Of a stretch of DNA of 64,000 nucleotides, positions 48,080 to 60,539 are shown piece by piece (positions within the stretch are counted from its first letter, which is position 1; every line of letters begins with the position of its first letter). The notes under the pieces are model-generated. The model saw nothing but the letters and a program-made list of their open reading frames with translations. It did not search any database and was not told the DNA's origin. The position numbers were made by a program, and so were the translations under genes. Source of the DNA: Octopus sinensis (Eukaryota); NCBI RefSeq assembly GCF_006345805.1, contig NC_042998.1, forward strand, positions 174,096,001 to 174,160,000. Reading direction: 5' to 3'.

Positions 48080-49560
48080 GAAGATTATTGGATATCACAT
48101 CGTAGATGTTGTGAACTACTTATGGTGGATACTTGTCCACATCAGGGACATGAAGCCTCGCATGAAATGATTGAGGATGTGCTTATAAAGTATTCTAAGA
48201 CTTTTCAAAGACCACCAACAAACTTACGATGAATTGATTTGATGAGGTTCACGATCAAGAATATGAAATAGTTCGAGCGGCTTTTCGATGATCGATTCGA
48301 TTCAATCGGTTCAGGAGATGCATTTTGATGATAAGTATCTTCTCCAAGATGATGCATATATCTCCATAAAGTTTTCGAATCTGAGTTTTTCAGCACACAC
48401 AGGTTTTTAGAAGTTACCAGTCTCTTTGAAACTATGAAGAGAGAATAGCCCAAACCTTCTTGAATGATTTTTAAAATTTAAATATTTGATAATTCGATAA
48501 TCACATCTCAACAAATGAACCAGTAACAACAGTGCACACCTTCACAGGTGCAGACTAGAGTAGTAACAGAAATTCGTCGGCATTTCCTTCATCTATTGAA
48601 CAATCAAAAGAAATTTTCTTGGGCGCTAGTCTCTTCAGAAAGCTTCAACAAAGAGTAAACTCTAAGTGGTAAAAGAAGATCAAAGTGTTTCATCATATAT
48701 ATAGTTATATAGAAACAAAGATATGTGTTAACCTAGTTTACATTTGAGATGTAGACTTTCTTCATATCTTCTTGGAATTTGGTAAGGTGAGTTCGCCAAG
48801 CATGAGGTCTGACCTTCTACGATGTCTTGAAAATCCCAAAGCAAGAGAAGCAGTTGCAACATATAGCTACAAAGTCCTGGATGACGACTTTATGGTATCC
48901 GGCAGTCCACAACCATTCTCAATACTTACCACGTATGCGATGACAAGGTATTCATACCTTTTCAAGACAAACTCGGATTGCTACGAAGCTGGATGGTGTA
49001 TAGACACATACGTACCAGACTGTCTCATCAATAAGGGACAGTCCAAACATTGAGCAAGCTGAAAATAGCAAGCAAGTGAATCGTAACATAATAAGTAGGT
49101 GCATATTTCCATTTTCTCTTCCAAGGGTCATGAGTTCGAATAGAATCTTGCTAAAACTGCAAATGTCACATCAGAGCTACCTCCGATAGCTATTACTGTC
49201 GACATCCCTATGCAGAACTGCAATCCAGTCACGAGGAGGCCAATATTAGGGCTGTGGCTGGCGTACTTCATGCTTGGGGAAAATACCATTCAAGTGCCGG
49301 CTGAAGCCGGTGATATCATGCCCACCCTTAGATTCAGCATTAGCTAATATCTGGGTGGCATTAAACTGAGTAATAATTACAATTTTTACCGCACCAACGC
49401 CATCTATGTATTTTGGGAAACTTAAATCATGAGAAAGTAACTGCGTCACTTTCTACAGGACTGCCGTAGACAATGTGTTTTATATGGAATAATTCTTTGA
49501 AGACTAAGTTTTAATATAATGGCATCTTCCAAAAATTACATAAATCGTAGAACACATTAA
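48080..49560 (+). mobile_element. Decayed Academ-like transposase relic
   Basis: SDLLRCLE...YSYKVLDD..., DDKVFIPF and DTYVPDCL resemble the Academ pattern KSDLLxCL...kVlDG...Ya.kvFipy...vwD.Y...SlK. Many stops. Confidence 0.5.
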
Positions 49561-50192
49561 TTCAATATAAAATTAAATATTTATTTCATTGATATTTCAT
49601 CGTTATGAGCATTTCTGGCAAATATGTCCATATAAACTACAAAAAAATACTCTGTAATAACAAAACATCTGGCAAAAATTGCAGTTAACCACGTAGAGAA
49701 ACAAACACAGGCATGCCTAAAGAAAAGTAACCGGTTTTGAGGAAAAACTATTTTCCAAAGAATAAATATTTATCAAAACAGTACAATACACACACAGATA
49801 TACACATGAATAGATACTTGATTATACATTGGTTACGATTCAGTTGATCGACCGACTTTGTTATCTGCTCAGTGAATGAACATATACTGTGGCTGATCAA
49901 TCCATCGACATGTATCCCCTTCGCGTTATTCTCAGTTCAAAACAGGTGGCAAATTTGTATCATCGAATCACAAGTATATAGTCCATGCGACGTGTTTTAA
50001 ACAGCTTCAGTGAAATTTCATTCATTAGGTATGAATCGACATGAGACGTAGAAATGATGTATGCCCCATGATAACACGCATTGGGATCAAATCTGAGACA
50101 TCATTTAAAAATATGTGTGTGTATGTGTGCATACATAACTATATACATGTGTGTGTGTGTATAATATACATACATACATATGTATATATATA

Positions 50193-50730
50193 AGCGCAGG
50201 CGTGACTGTGAGGTAAGAAGGTTGTTTCCCAACCCACAGGGTTCTGGGTTCAGTCCCACTGTGTGGTACATTGGACAAGTGTCTTCTACTATAGCCTCGG
50301 GCTGACCAAAGAATTGTGAGTGGATTTGGTTGACAGAAACTGAAAGAAGCCCGTCTTTTGTATGTGTATGAAACTCGTGTACTTGTGTGTATCTCTGTGT
50401 GCTACTGTGTGTGTATTGTACTGATTTGATAAATATTTATTCTCTGGAATATATTTATTCTCTGGAATATATTTATTCTCTGGAATATATATATATATTC
50501 TCTGGATATATATATATATATACCTATACGTGTGTTTGAGCCCCACCGTCGCTTGACAACCGATGTTGGTGTGTTTACGTCCTCGTAAGCTAGCGGTTTG
50601 GCAAAAGATACCGACAGAATAAGTACTAGACTTACAAAGAATAAGTCCTGAGCTCGATTTGTTCGACTAAATGACTTGCTCCAGCATGGCTGCAGTCAAA
50701 TTACTGAAACAATAAATAAAAGTAAAAGAA
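50193..50730 (+). mobile_element. OR-like SINE, full-length
   Basis: Same head, core and tail as 31689. An opposite-strand partial 3' copy lies at about 50785-50940. Confidence 0.88.
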
Positions 50731-50942
50731 TATATATACATATATATATATAGATATATATAGATATATATATATTATGTTTTACCTTTTATTTGTTTCA
50801 GTCATTTGATTGTGGTCATGTTGGGCCAGTGCCTTGAAGGGTTTCAGTGGAACAAATGGATCCTAGAACTTATTTTTTAAGTCTAGTACTTATTGTATCG
50901 GTCGCTTTTACTAGTATCCAGTTGTCAAGCAGTTTTGGTGGC

Positions 50943-51008
<66 letters not shown>

Positions 51009-51227
51009 AAACACATCATTCATACACCAGCACCACCACCACCAACACCCTTGGTAAGATTTTAGTAACAGTGAATTACTTCCTTTTTGGTTTCAAATTG
51101 CGTTTAGCCACCACGCTATTTTTTAATTTTCCCATTACGATTTTGCAAAATCAGCCATTGATTCCTATGGTAAATTCTATAAATACCGAGAGGCGAAAGT
51201 TCAGCTTCACCACCCGCGATGAAGTAA

Positions 51228-51280
51228 GCATTACTGATGTGCATTAGTTTGTATGCGAAATTAGCACGTTAATCTAATGC
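51228..51280 (+). ncRNA. Type I hammerhead ribozyme motif with A9U core change
   Basis: GCATTA-CTGATGT-GCAT-tagtttgt-ATGC-GAAA-TTAGC-ac-GTTAA-TC-TAATGC. All three stems pair, the triplet is AUC, and TATAAATA lies 50 bp upstream. Confidence 0.75.
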
Positions 51281-51674
51281 ACCTCGTTTCCGGTTATACA
51301 TATATATAAAGAAACACTCGTTATCGCTATGGACTCCGTGTGGGAAGTCATCTAAAAGTTTTTGTTCATCATGATGCTGACATAAGTTCCTTGTCTTTCC
51401 TGATGAGAAGGCGGCATAATGCACCCCTTATTCCTTCGAAATTAGTAATATGCAGTCTTCGAAACATATGTCGAGGATAAAGGAATTTTGTTAAATCGTC
51501 GTTCAACTCCATTCTTTCATTTATTGGTATTAAAAAAAAACACACAAATTTCCACACGAAACACGTGATCTCTGCCCTTGGCATGTAGCTTCAACCGTGT
51601 TTTTCTGACGTGAATTTGCTACCCGGGTATCGGTTAACCGAATTATCCATACTAGGATAATTCATTCAACTACT

Positions 51675-51714
<40 letters not shown>

Positions 51715-52351
51715 AAATAAGCAACAAGGATATCCAGAGGTAATGCAGTACGATCGTTTCATGCGACTCCATTTAATTTGACAATGCAATCATTTTGATT
51801 TTAATCACCTTATTTTAAATTGTATGGATAATACTCTACTAAATTCTGGTGCCTCAACTTAAGTACCATATTCATCTGAATCTAAATTTTTGGCCTATAT
51901 ATATATGTATATATATAAAATATAATATAATATAAATAATATATGTATGCATATATACATACGTATGTGTACATACATCTATACGTATATATATATATAT
52001 ATATATATATGCATATGTGGGCACAGGGCGTCAAATGTGTGCAACGAAATAATACGAAGGAAGGTTACATGGAACATGAACTATTCTTTCGAACAACGAA
52101 AGACACAAATGGAAAACAAAACAAACAACATAAAGAACGACCCTTCTGTTTTTCTCGTCACGTATTTCGAGCATTTAACAACAATATACGCTTTCGATAA
52201 GACACTTGCTCCCACAAAGCAAATTTATATAAAATTTGGCATTTTGCGGAGAATAAGTCCTGGGGTCGATTTGCTCGACTAAAGGCGGTGCTCCAGCATG
52301 GCCACAGTCAAATAACTGAAACAAGTAAAAGAATAAAAGAGTATATATATA

Positions 52352-52397
<46 letters not shown>

Positions 52398-52502
52398 TGT
52401 GTGTGTGTGTGAGTGAGTGTGTCTGTCTATCTGTCTCTGTCTGTCATGTAAGGGATATTAACTATATACTACTGGATGTGTACCTACGTATATATATATA
52501 TA

Positions 52503-52534
<32 letters not shown>

Positions 52535-52535
52535 C

Positions 52536-52723
52536 GTGGCTTTGTAGTAAGAAGCTTGCTGCCCAAGCACATGGTTCCGGGTTCAGTCTCACTGCGTGGC
52601 ACCTTAGGCAAGTATCTTCTTCTATAGCCTCGGGCCGAATAAAGCCTTGTGAGTGGATTTGGTAAGCGAAAACTAAAAGAGTACGTCGTATATATTTATA
52701 TATGTGTGTGTGTGTGTGTGTGT

Positions 52724-52758
<35 letters not shown>

Positions 52759-52973
52759 ATGTGTCTGTACTTCTGTTTGACAACAGATGCTGGTATGTTT
52801 TCGTCACCGTAAAACTTAGCGTTGCGGTAAAATGTATCGATAGAACAAGTAGTAGGCTTACAAAGAATATGTACTGGGGCCGACTTCTTCGACTGAAAAA
52901 AAAAACCCTTTTAAGGCGCTGCTCCATCATGGCTGCAATCAAATGACTGAAACAGGTAAAGAATAAAAGAATA

Positions 52974-52980
<7 letters not shown>
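52536..52980 (+). mobile_element. OR-like SINE (plus an isolated 3' fragment at 52250-52342)
   Basis: Matches the 31689 family. Confidence 0.85.
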
Positions 52981-53060
<80 letters not shown>

Positions 53061-53223
53061 TAGATACATGTATCTAACTATTTATCTACCTACATCTATG
53101 TATGCATATTTGTGCATGTGTTTGTGTTTGTTTGTCGCGCCTCTTGTCTACAGAGCAGATAAAATACGTACTTCACTTTAAAACTGAGTAAGGTTTTAGG
53201 GTTGAATTATTATTATTATTATT

Positions 53224-53665
53224 GAGTGAGAGAGCAGTTCATGCCATCAAAATGACACTGGGGTAAAATATACGAAGCCCAATATACCCATCATGACTAC
53301 CCGTCTGATAAGGGTACACCAGACACATGCATCACAACCATATGTGCGCGACATGGTGATCTCATATCAAGATAAACAGCACATGACCTTGCAGGTGGGG
53401 CCCAGTTAGAATTTTCTTCAGGTTGAGTAGCCCATCCCGCTCAAAAGGTCCCTGAATAAGGGTTGTTTAAGGACGTTGAAAGAACCAACCATGTTTCCAG
53501 AGGTGAATTATTCAAACCCCAAAGAATCCCTCTCAACACATGGCTATGATGCTCCCCCACTACTTCTGCTCGTGATCAGAGATGCACATATCATCAGCCA
53601 CTAAGGGACATGCCCAACTGGTTATTATTATTATTATTATTATTATTATATTATTATTATTATTA

Positions 53666-53715
<50 letters not shown>

Positions 53716-54268
53716 GAGTGAGCGAGCAGAGCATGCCATCAAAGTGACACTGGGGTAAAATATACGAAGCCCAGTATACCCATCATGACTACCGTCTGAT
53801 AAGGGTACACCAGGCACATGCATCACAACCATATGTGCGCGACGTGGTGATCTCATATCAAGATAAACAGCACATGACCTTGCAGGTGGAGCCCAGTTAG
53901 AATTTTCTTCAGATCGAGTAACCCATCCCGCTCAAAAGGTCCCTGAATAAGGGTTGTTTAAGGACGTTGAACGAAACACCCATGTTTCCAGAGGTGAATT
54001 ATTCAAACCCCCAAAGAATCCTTCTCAACACATGGCTATGATGCTCCCCCACTACTTCTGCTCGTGATCAGAGATGCACATATCGTCAGCCACTAAGGGA
54101 CATGCTCAACTGGTTAAGGTCAAACAACTGACAAGCAAATCTGTGGTATTGAGCAGAATATTTGCTGTAGCCCATCTTTTATACCAAGACAAAACAATGT
54201 ACATGATAACACTTCCAATCAGTTAAGATCAGAAGCCATGAGAGCCACTGCCTGGTACTGCATCAGGG

Positions 54269-54270
<2 letters not shown>
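53224..54270 (-). mobile_element. Two tandem copies of a non-coding retroposon embedded in (TAA)n
   Basis: Copies 53224-53623 and 53716-54270 are highly similar, share the same left end, and are each flanked by (ATT)n. The first lacks the right ~150 bp. Confidence 0.85.
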
Positions 54271-54327
<57 letters not shown>

Positions 54328-55237
54328 GCCCCTTCAAATCAGTACTCCGAAACGGTTGCAGTCCAATGAGACAAACAAGTAGGAAAACGAAGAAAAATAT
54401 ATATATAAACACATAATCCTTATTCTGTCTAAGCATTAGGCATGGTAAAAACGATTTAAATATTCTAGTCTACCGATTTTAAGTTAACCGCGTTTTAGAA
54501 GTTTTCAGCATAACTACCATAGGTGTTTACTGTCAACATTTCTTTGCGGTAAATCGCTTAGGTTAGAAAATTCAGTGTTACCGATCCCCAGCAGACAAGA
54601 CCGAATGCATCAGCGTTTTGTTTTCCTTGGCAGTAATCAATTCGGCTCCTACTGCCGTGATCAATCTTTTTTTGCTCCCGCTGCTCCTACACATATAGAT
54701 GTCCACGTACACAATCAATCACATGCACAAAACAAGCGCGCGTGTAACCACATGTGCATGAGAGGAGGGAGAGGAAGGAAGCAAGGAAGGAAAGAAGGAA
54801 GGAAGATTGATGGAGCCAAACAATCACACACACACATAAAGCTAGACGGTTTTGTCTAAACAATCATATACATACATATGAACACAAATATGAACTCAGG
54901 CACACATGCCTAAATATATGATTTATATATATATATATATATATATACATATGTATATATAAATCATCCTGTGTCCATGCATGAGTGCGCGTGCGTGTGT
55001 CTGTGTCTCAGTCTATGGACATGCAGATGTTCGTTCCGACAGAGTGTTCTCTATAATAAACGAAAAATGTCATTATTAATCCCAGTCGCGACCATACATT
55101 TAGAAACATTTGTGTGTGTATGTCTGTATCTGTGTTTGCGTTTGTGTGTCTGTGTTTGTGTCTGTGTGTGTCTGCCTCTGTGTATGTGTGTATATGCGTC
55201 TGTGTGTGTACGTATGAATGTGCTTGTGTATATATGC

Positions 55238-55307
<70 letters not shown>

Positions 55308-55641
55308 TGATTAGAAGATTCACACAGTAGAGGGAGTGAGAGACGGACGTATACATAGACATAAATATATGTGTGCGTCTGTGTGTATGTGTGTGAGCGT
55401 GTGTATGTGTGTGTAATTGTACGTGCGTATGAATGTGCTTGTGTGTAAATATTCGCGTGTATCGTATTTATTTTTCTACTTATTTACATTTACCTGTATA
55501 TGTGTGGTCACGTATGTAGATGTACGTGCGTCCCTGTATGTATATGCATGATTATATATGTGTATGAGTGTGTACCACTGAGCTTATTGAGGCCAATCTC
55601 ATATGCAGGTATGTATCAATGTATATACAAGTGTATATATA

Positions 55642-55698
<57 letters not shown>

Positions 55699-55899
55699 GT
55701 GTGTGTGTGTGTCTGTTTGTCCAGGTTTTAATCTTGTTAATGAGATATTTATTCAAGCGAAGAAAATACTGTTGAGTTAAGCATCTATTGCACAATCCCA
55801 CCGAATCGTAATGACATGTAAAAATCCATCTGAAACGGGTCGTGGCCATTAAAGGATCGTTTGACTTTGACATCTCATCATTATTGATTTCTATAAATG

Positions 55900-56050
55900 A
55901 GACCTAGCAGTCATGATGACAGTCTAACTCTCCTAAGGTCGAAGGTTCGATTCCTGCACTGAATGGTACGTTATGGCCTTGAGGAAGACCATTCCACGTT
56001 GCGTACGCCTACTGCACTGAAATATGTGTCACCTAAGTTGTAATGCAGCC
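55900..56050 (+). mobile_element. Degenerate tRNA-SINE head
   Basis: B-box ggttcgattcc followed by a ccttgaggaagacc...ccacgttgc core similar to the 34160 SINE. Confidence 0.55.
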
Positions 56051-56774
56051 CTCTTTTGCTTGTTTTATCCAGCTATCACATCCTGGACGTCTGCACACTG
56101 GATCAAAAGTTTCGGGCCCGAAAAATCATCTACGTCTTTTCACGACTGACACCTATAATAATTAATGAAATCATGGTGTTTTCTACCAAGTCATCAAATA
56201 TAACACAGTCATTAACAATGCAAATTAAAGCTGGGCTAAAAGATAAATGTCATTTTTAAGAAAAGTTCTTTATGAATGGGTTAGTTGAATAAATAGTTAA
56301 GGACATACCTGTTACCTTTATGTATTTGTTTTGAAAGATTCCTCATGTGAAATCGTATGTTGGGTCAGATATTGTTATATTTGTCGATGGTCATATTTTT
56401 GGTTACTTAACCACATGCACTATATACTGTGTGTATGTGTGTGTGCGTGTGTGCGTGTGTGTGTGAAAATGTGTCTGCATGTGTGGGAGTGAGCGTATGC
56501 TTGCATATATGTAAGTGAGCGTATGTGCGCATGTGAGTGTGTGCGAGTGTGTTTGTGTTTAAGTGTATGCATAACTTAGTTCATATATATTTAAAATTTT
56601 GTTGTTTTTTTCCACCTTGTATGATTAACATTTATTCAAGGAAATATTCGCTGCGTGTAATATTTCCATTGGCCATAAAAAAATAAACAAAAAATCTGCG
56701 ATGGGATGTATTTATGTATGCTTACGAATGGTATTAGATGTGAAATAAAGGCCGTAGCTGCTAATCTTTTATTT

Positions 56775-57492
56775 TATTATTTGCTTCAGTCGTTTGACTG
56801 CAGCCATGCTGAAGCGTCGCCTTTTAGTCGTACAAATCGATCCCATGACTTATTCTTTGAAAGCCTTGTGCTTAGTCTATCGGTTTCTTTTGCCGAATCG
56901 CTAAGTTACGGGGGACGTAAACGCACAAAAATCGGTTGACAAAGACACACAAATACATACGTATATATAATATATAATTTATATATAATATATATATTAC
57001 ACACATATATATCTATATAGTATGTAGTATATATATATAATATATATATATTATATATATATATAATATATATATACGCAGGTACTTTCAATTTCTTATT
57101 TCTTTATTACCCACAAGGGGCTAAACATAGAGGGGACAAACAAGGACAAATAAATGGATTAAGTCCATTACATCGACCCCAGTGCGTAACTGGTACTTAA
57201 TTTATCGACTCCGAAAGGATAAAAGGCAAAGTCGACCTCGGCGGAATTTGAACTCAGAACGTAACGGCAGAAGAAATACAGCTAGCCATTTCACCCGGCG
57301 TGCTAACGTTTCTGCCGTCTAGCCGCCTTTTTTCAATTTCTTTCAATTTCTGTCTACCAAATCCACTCACAAGGCTTCGGTCGGCGCGAGGCTATAGTAG
57401 AAGGCACTTACCGAAGATGCCATGCAGTGGGACTGAGTCCGGAACTATGTGGTTGCGAAGCAAGATTCTAACCATGCAGTCACTCCCGCTCC
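56775..57492 (-). mobile_element. OR-like SINE (minus) interrupted by a full Nin-domain SINE (57097-57329)
   Basis: Tail at 56775-56940 and head at 57340-57492. The inner SINE is flanked by the direct repeat tttcaatttct. Confidence 0.85.
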
Positions 57493-58013
57493 TATGGATA
57501 GAATATGATTCTAATGAATGGTATTTTTATAGCCGAATGATTTTGGTGTATTGTGTTTTTACTGCAATGAAAAAAATATTTGTAATTTATGTTTATTGCC
57601 GTGAGTGCAATGTGATGTGGTGTTGGGAGAGATGGAATTTTGTTTTCTTATCTTGAGGCGATATGTGTTTGTGTGCGCGCGGGCGTAAGTAAAAATTGTC
57701 TTGTGATTTTTTTTATTTCTCTCTTCTCAGTGTTTGTATATATGTGCATTTGAGTGGGCATATCAGGTATATAGAGACACATACATAAACATATATATGT
57801 GTGCGCGTGTGCGTATGTATGTTATATATATATATAATATATATATAATATATATAATATATATATATACATATATATATTTTTATATATGTATATATAC
57901 ATACATATATATATGATATTACATAATATATATATGTATATACACAAAATATATATATATATATTTATACCATACCATACATACGCACATATATTTGTAT
58001 GTGGTTGTGCCTG

Positions 58014-58052
<39 letters not shown>

Positions 58053-58303
58053 TATATACATACATATATATATATAAATACTGCACGTATCTACATACAT
58101 AAATAGATACATACATACGTACATACGTGCACACATACATACATACATACATACATACATACATACATACATACATACATACATACATAAATACATACAT
58201 ACATACATACATACATGCATATATACATACATGCATACTTACATACGTGCATACATACATACATACATACATACATACATACATACATACATACATACAT
58301 ACA

Positions 58304-58334
<31 letters not shown>

Positions 58335-58899
58335 CCGCACACATGCTAGTGTGTATATACAGTTTGTTGCTTATGTTTGGTTTTTGCGAATTCTGTTATC
58401 ATATTTTCAGTTTGCTGACTCGTTGAGCAATTTTAAAATATCAATTTTCATTTGTTTTCTTTCTTATAAGATAACCCGCCGCAGAGGTCCCCATCACTGT
58501 GACCTTTAGAGTCTTCCCGAGATCTTTTAGTTTTACACGCCTGAACATCTGTAGGAAGGTTTACGTAAAAAAAAATTCAAAGGTAGGCAACAAAATAGAG
58601 TGAGAAGTTATAAAGTGGATGTAAATGATGAAGTAGTTAGTGCAAGGCCCGAGAGGTTATATGCAATGAAGATGGTGTGTTGAGGAAATACGAATTGGGT
58701 GGTTAAGCAGTGACTTGTACCGAAAGAATATATTGAAGAGAAAATCGGTGCATTTGCTTTTATGATATTTCAATGGATAAAAGCGATGAAACTCAGAATC
58801 GACAGATCACAGGTAAAATTGTCTTTCTGTCTTGTAATGGAAAAGGAAATTTATAAAGAAACAGTCAAAGGTTTTGCAATATTTTGATAACTTATTTTC

Positions 58900-59553
58900 T
58901 TTAGTCGTCAAGTTACAACAAAAGAAACCTAGCAAGCATTCAAAGCCACCTTTGTGCCAGTTCTTTGATCTCACGCTGATTCCAGTTCTTGTTTTCCAGG
59001 CAAAAAACCCCTTCACTGAAGCTTCCACCACCTCTTAGCTGAGTTGCGTGCGTAGGAGATTATCCATGGATCGGAACGTGTATTAATCCGAGAGAGCAAG
59101 ACCCGGACTACATGCTGGATATGGCTTCATTTCGATTTCACCAAGTTCCTCGAGTTTATTCCGGATCGTTCTAGTGGTATGATATCTTGTGTTGTCTTGC
59201 TGCAGAAGAGCTTACTTTCTGTTAACCAATGCTGGATAATTTTGCTGCACAATGGCATACATCCGCTCCAGCTGTTTGGAGAACAGGATGACATCGATGG
59301 TCAGACTATCTGGAAAGAACTTGTAGTCAATCATGCGATAATTCCAATAGATGCAAAGAAACACCCCGAGCTCGCTCATGTTTTGCGAGAGGTTCCAGAA
59401 GCTGACCCTAACTCAACCACTATTTATGCACTGTTTATGCGGAAAAATATCTCCCACGGATTATTACTTGTCAGTAACTCAATTCCTGCACTTAGGCTGC
59501 TTCAATAAGAAGAGATAAAAGATTCTGTAAAGGAGTTCTTCGTTTCGGAGGAC
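58900..59553 (-). mobile_element. mariner (DD34D) transposase relic, cut by the assembly gap
   Basis: Minus strand SKQLERMYAIVQQNYPALVNRK*ALLQQDNTRYHTTRTIRNKLEEL...PYPACSPGLALSD*YTFRSMDNLL...VEASVKGFFA. Confidence 0.85.
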
Positions 59554-59653
59554 NNNNNNNNNNNNNNNNNNNNNNNNNNNNNNNNNNNNNNNNNNNNNNN
59601 NNNNNNNNNNNNNNNNNNNNNNNNNNNNNNNNNNNNNNNNNNNNNNNNNNNNN
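59554..59653. other. Assembly gap (100 N)
   Basis: Run of exactly 100 N. Confidence 1.
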
Positions 59654-59820
59654 CTTGACAACCGATGCTGGTGTGTTTACGCCCCGTCACTTAGCGGTTC
59701 GGCAAAAGAGACCGATAGAATAAGTACTAGGCTTACAAAGAATAATTCCTGAGGTCGATTTGCTCGACTAAAAGCGGCGCTCCAGCATGGCCACAGTCAA
59801 ATGACTGAAGCAAGTAAATG
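59654..59820 (+). mobile_element. 3' half of OR-like SINE
   Basis: cttgacaaccgatgctggtg...aaatgactgaagcaagtaaa. Confidence 0.9.
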
Positions 59821-59948
59821 AGAGAGAGAGAGAGAGAGAGAGTAAATCAGCAACAAAAAGAGAGAGAGAGAGAGAGATAGTAAATCAGAAACTAATAAAA
59901 GAATAGCTATAATTAACAATTGTTATTAAAACCTTGTAACGATTAAAG

Positions 59949-59987
<39 letters not shown>

Positions 59988-59993
<6 letters not shown>

Positions 59994-60485
59994 GCTATGG
60001 TTAAATTTTTGCCATATTGTATTTTTAATTTCACGCATGTCCATTGTTTGCTCTTGATTTTCTCGACTATACAGTATAGTAGGGTCAGTTGGGCACCGTC
60101 TGTGAGAAAAACACCACCATGACGCACTTCACTCAACCAGAAATTTAGAAACGACATGCTGTACTGCTTGGCATTCGCGCCGGAAGCTCCAATGCGAACA
60201 TTTCAGAGTGTTTACGTGTCAATCTGAAGACAGTGCAGAGGAATCGGAATGAGTTTAATGAGTATAATGGTGATTACGAAGGTGCGGTAGCACGGAAAAC
60301 TCACTTTGATCGTTCTGATAAGAAAAGAACTCTTGGATTACTCGGTGATATCCAGGCAATGATTGACAACGATCCCTCCAAGTCAATCAGGGCCATCTAT
60401 AGGGACATGGGAATGTGTGCATTTCTTATCAGGCAGGTATTGCATGAAACATTTGGTGTTCCTCATACAAGGGGAGAAAGAGCAA
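59988..60485 (+). mobile_element. maT/DD37D-like transposon 5' fragment
   Basis: End tagggtgctatggttaaatt. KRHAVLLGIRAGSSNANISECLRVNLKTVQR...RSDKKRT...IQAMIDNDPSKSIRAIYRDMG. Confidence 0.8.
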
Positions 60486-60539
60486 ATATATATATATACA
60501 TACGTACAAACAAATATTTACATGTAGCACGATGAATAA

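Noticed and set aside
51740-51880. Minus-strand GAAACGATCGTA palindromic stem III half-site
   Set aside because: No convincing CUGANGA and stem I partner at a plausible distance.
54628-54658. ggcagta/tactgcc stem reminiscent of miR-34-like hairpins
   Set aside because: The stem is only 7 bp and far too short for a pre-miRNA.
55900-55965. tRNA-like B-box (ggttcgattcc); also the SINE heads elsewhere
   Set aside because: No cloverleaf, and followed by SINE core sequence, so not called as tRNA genes.
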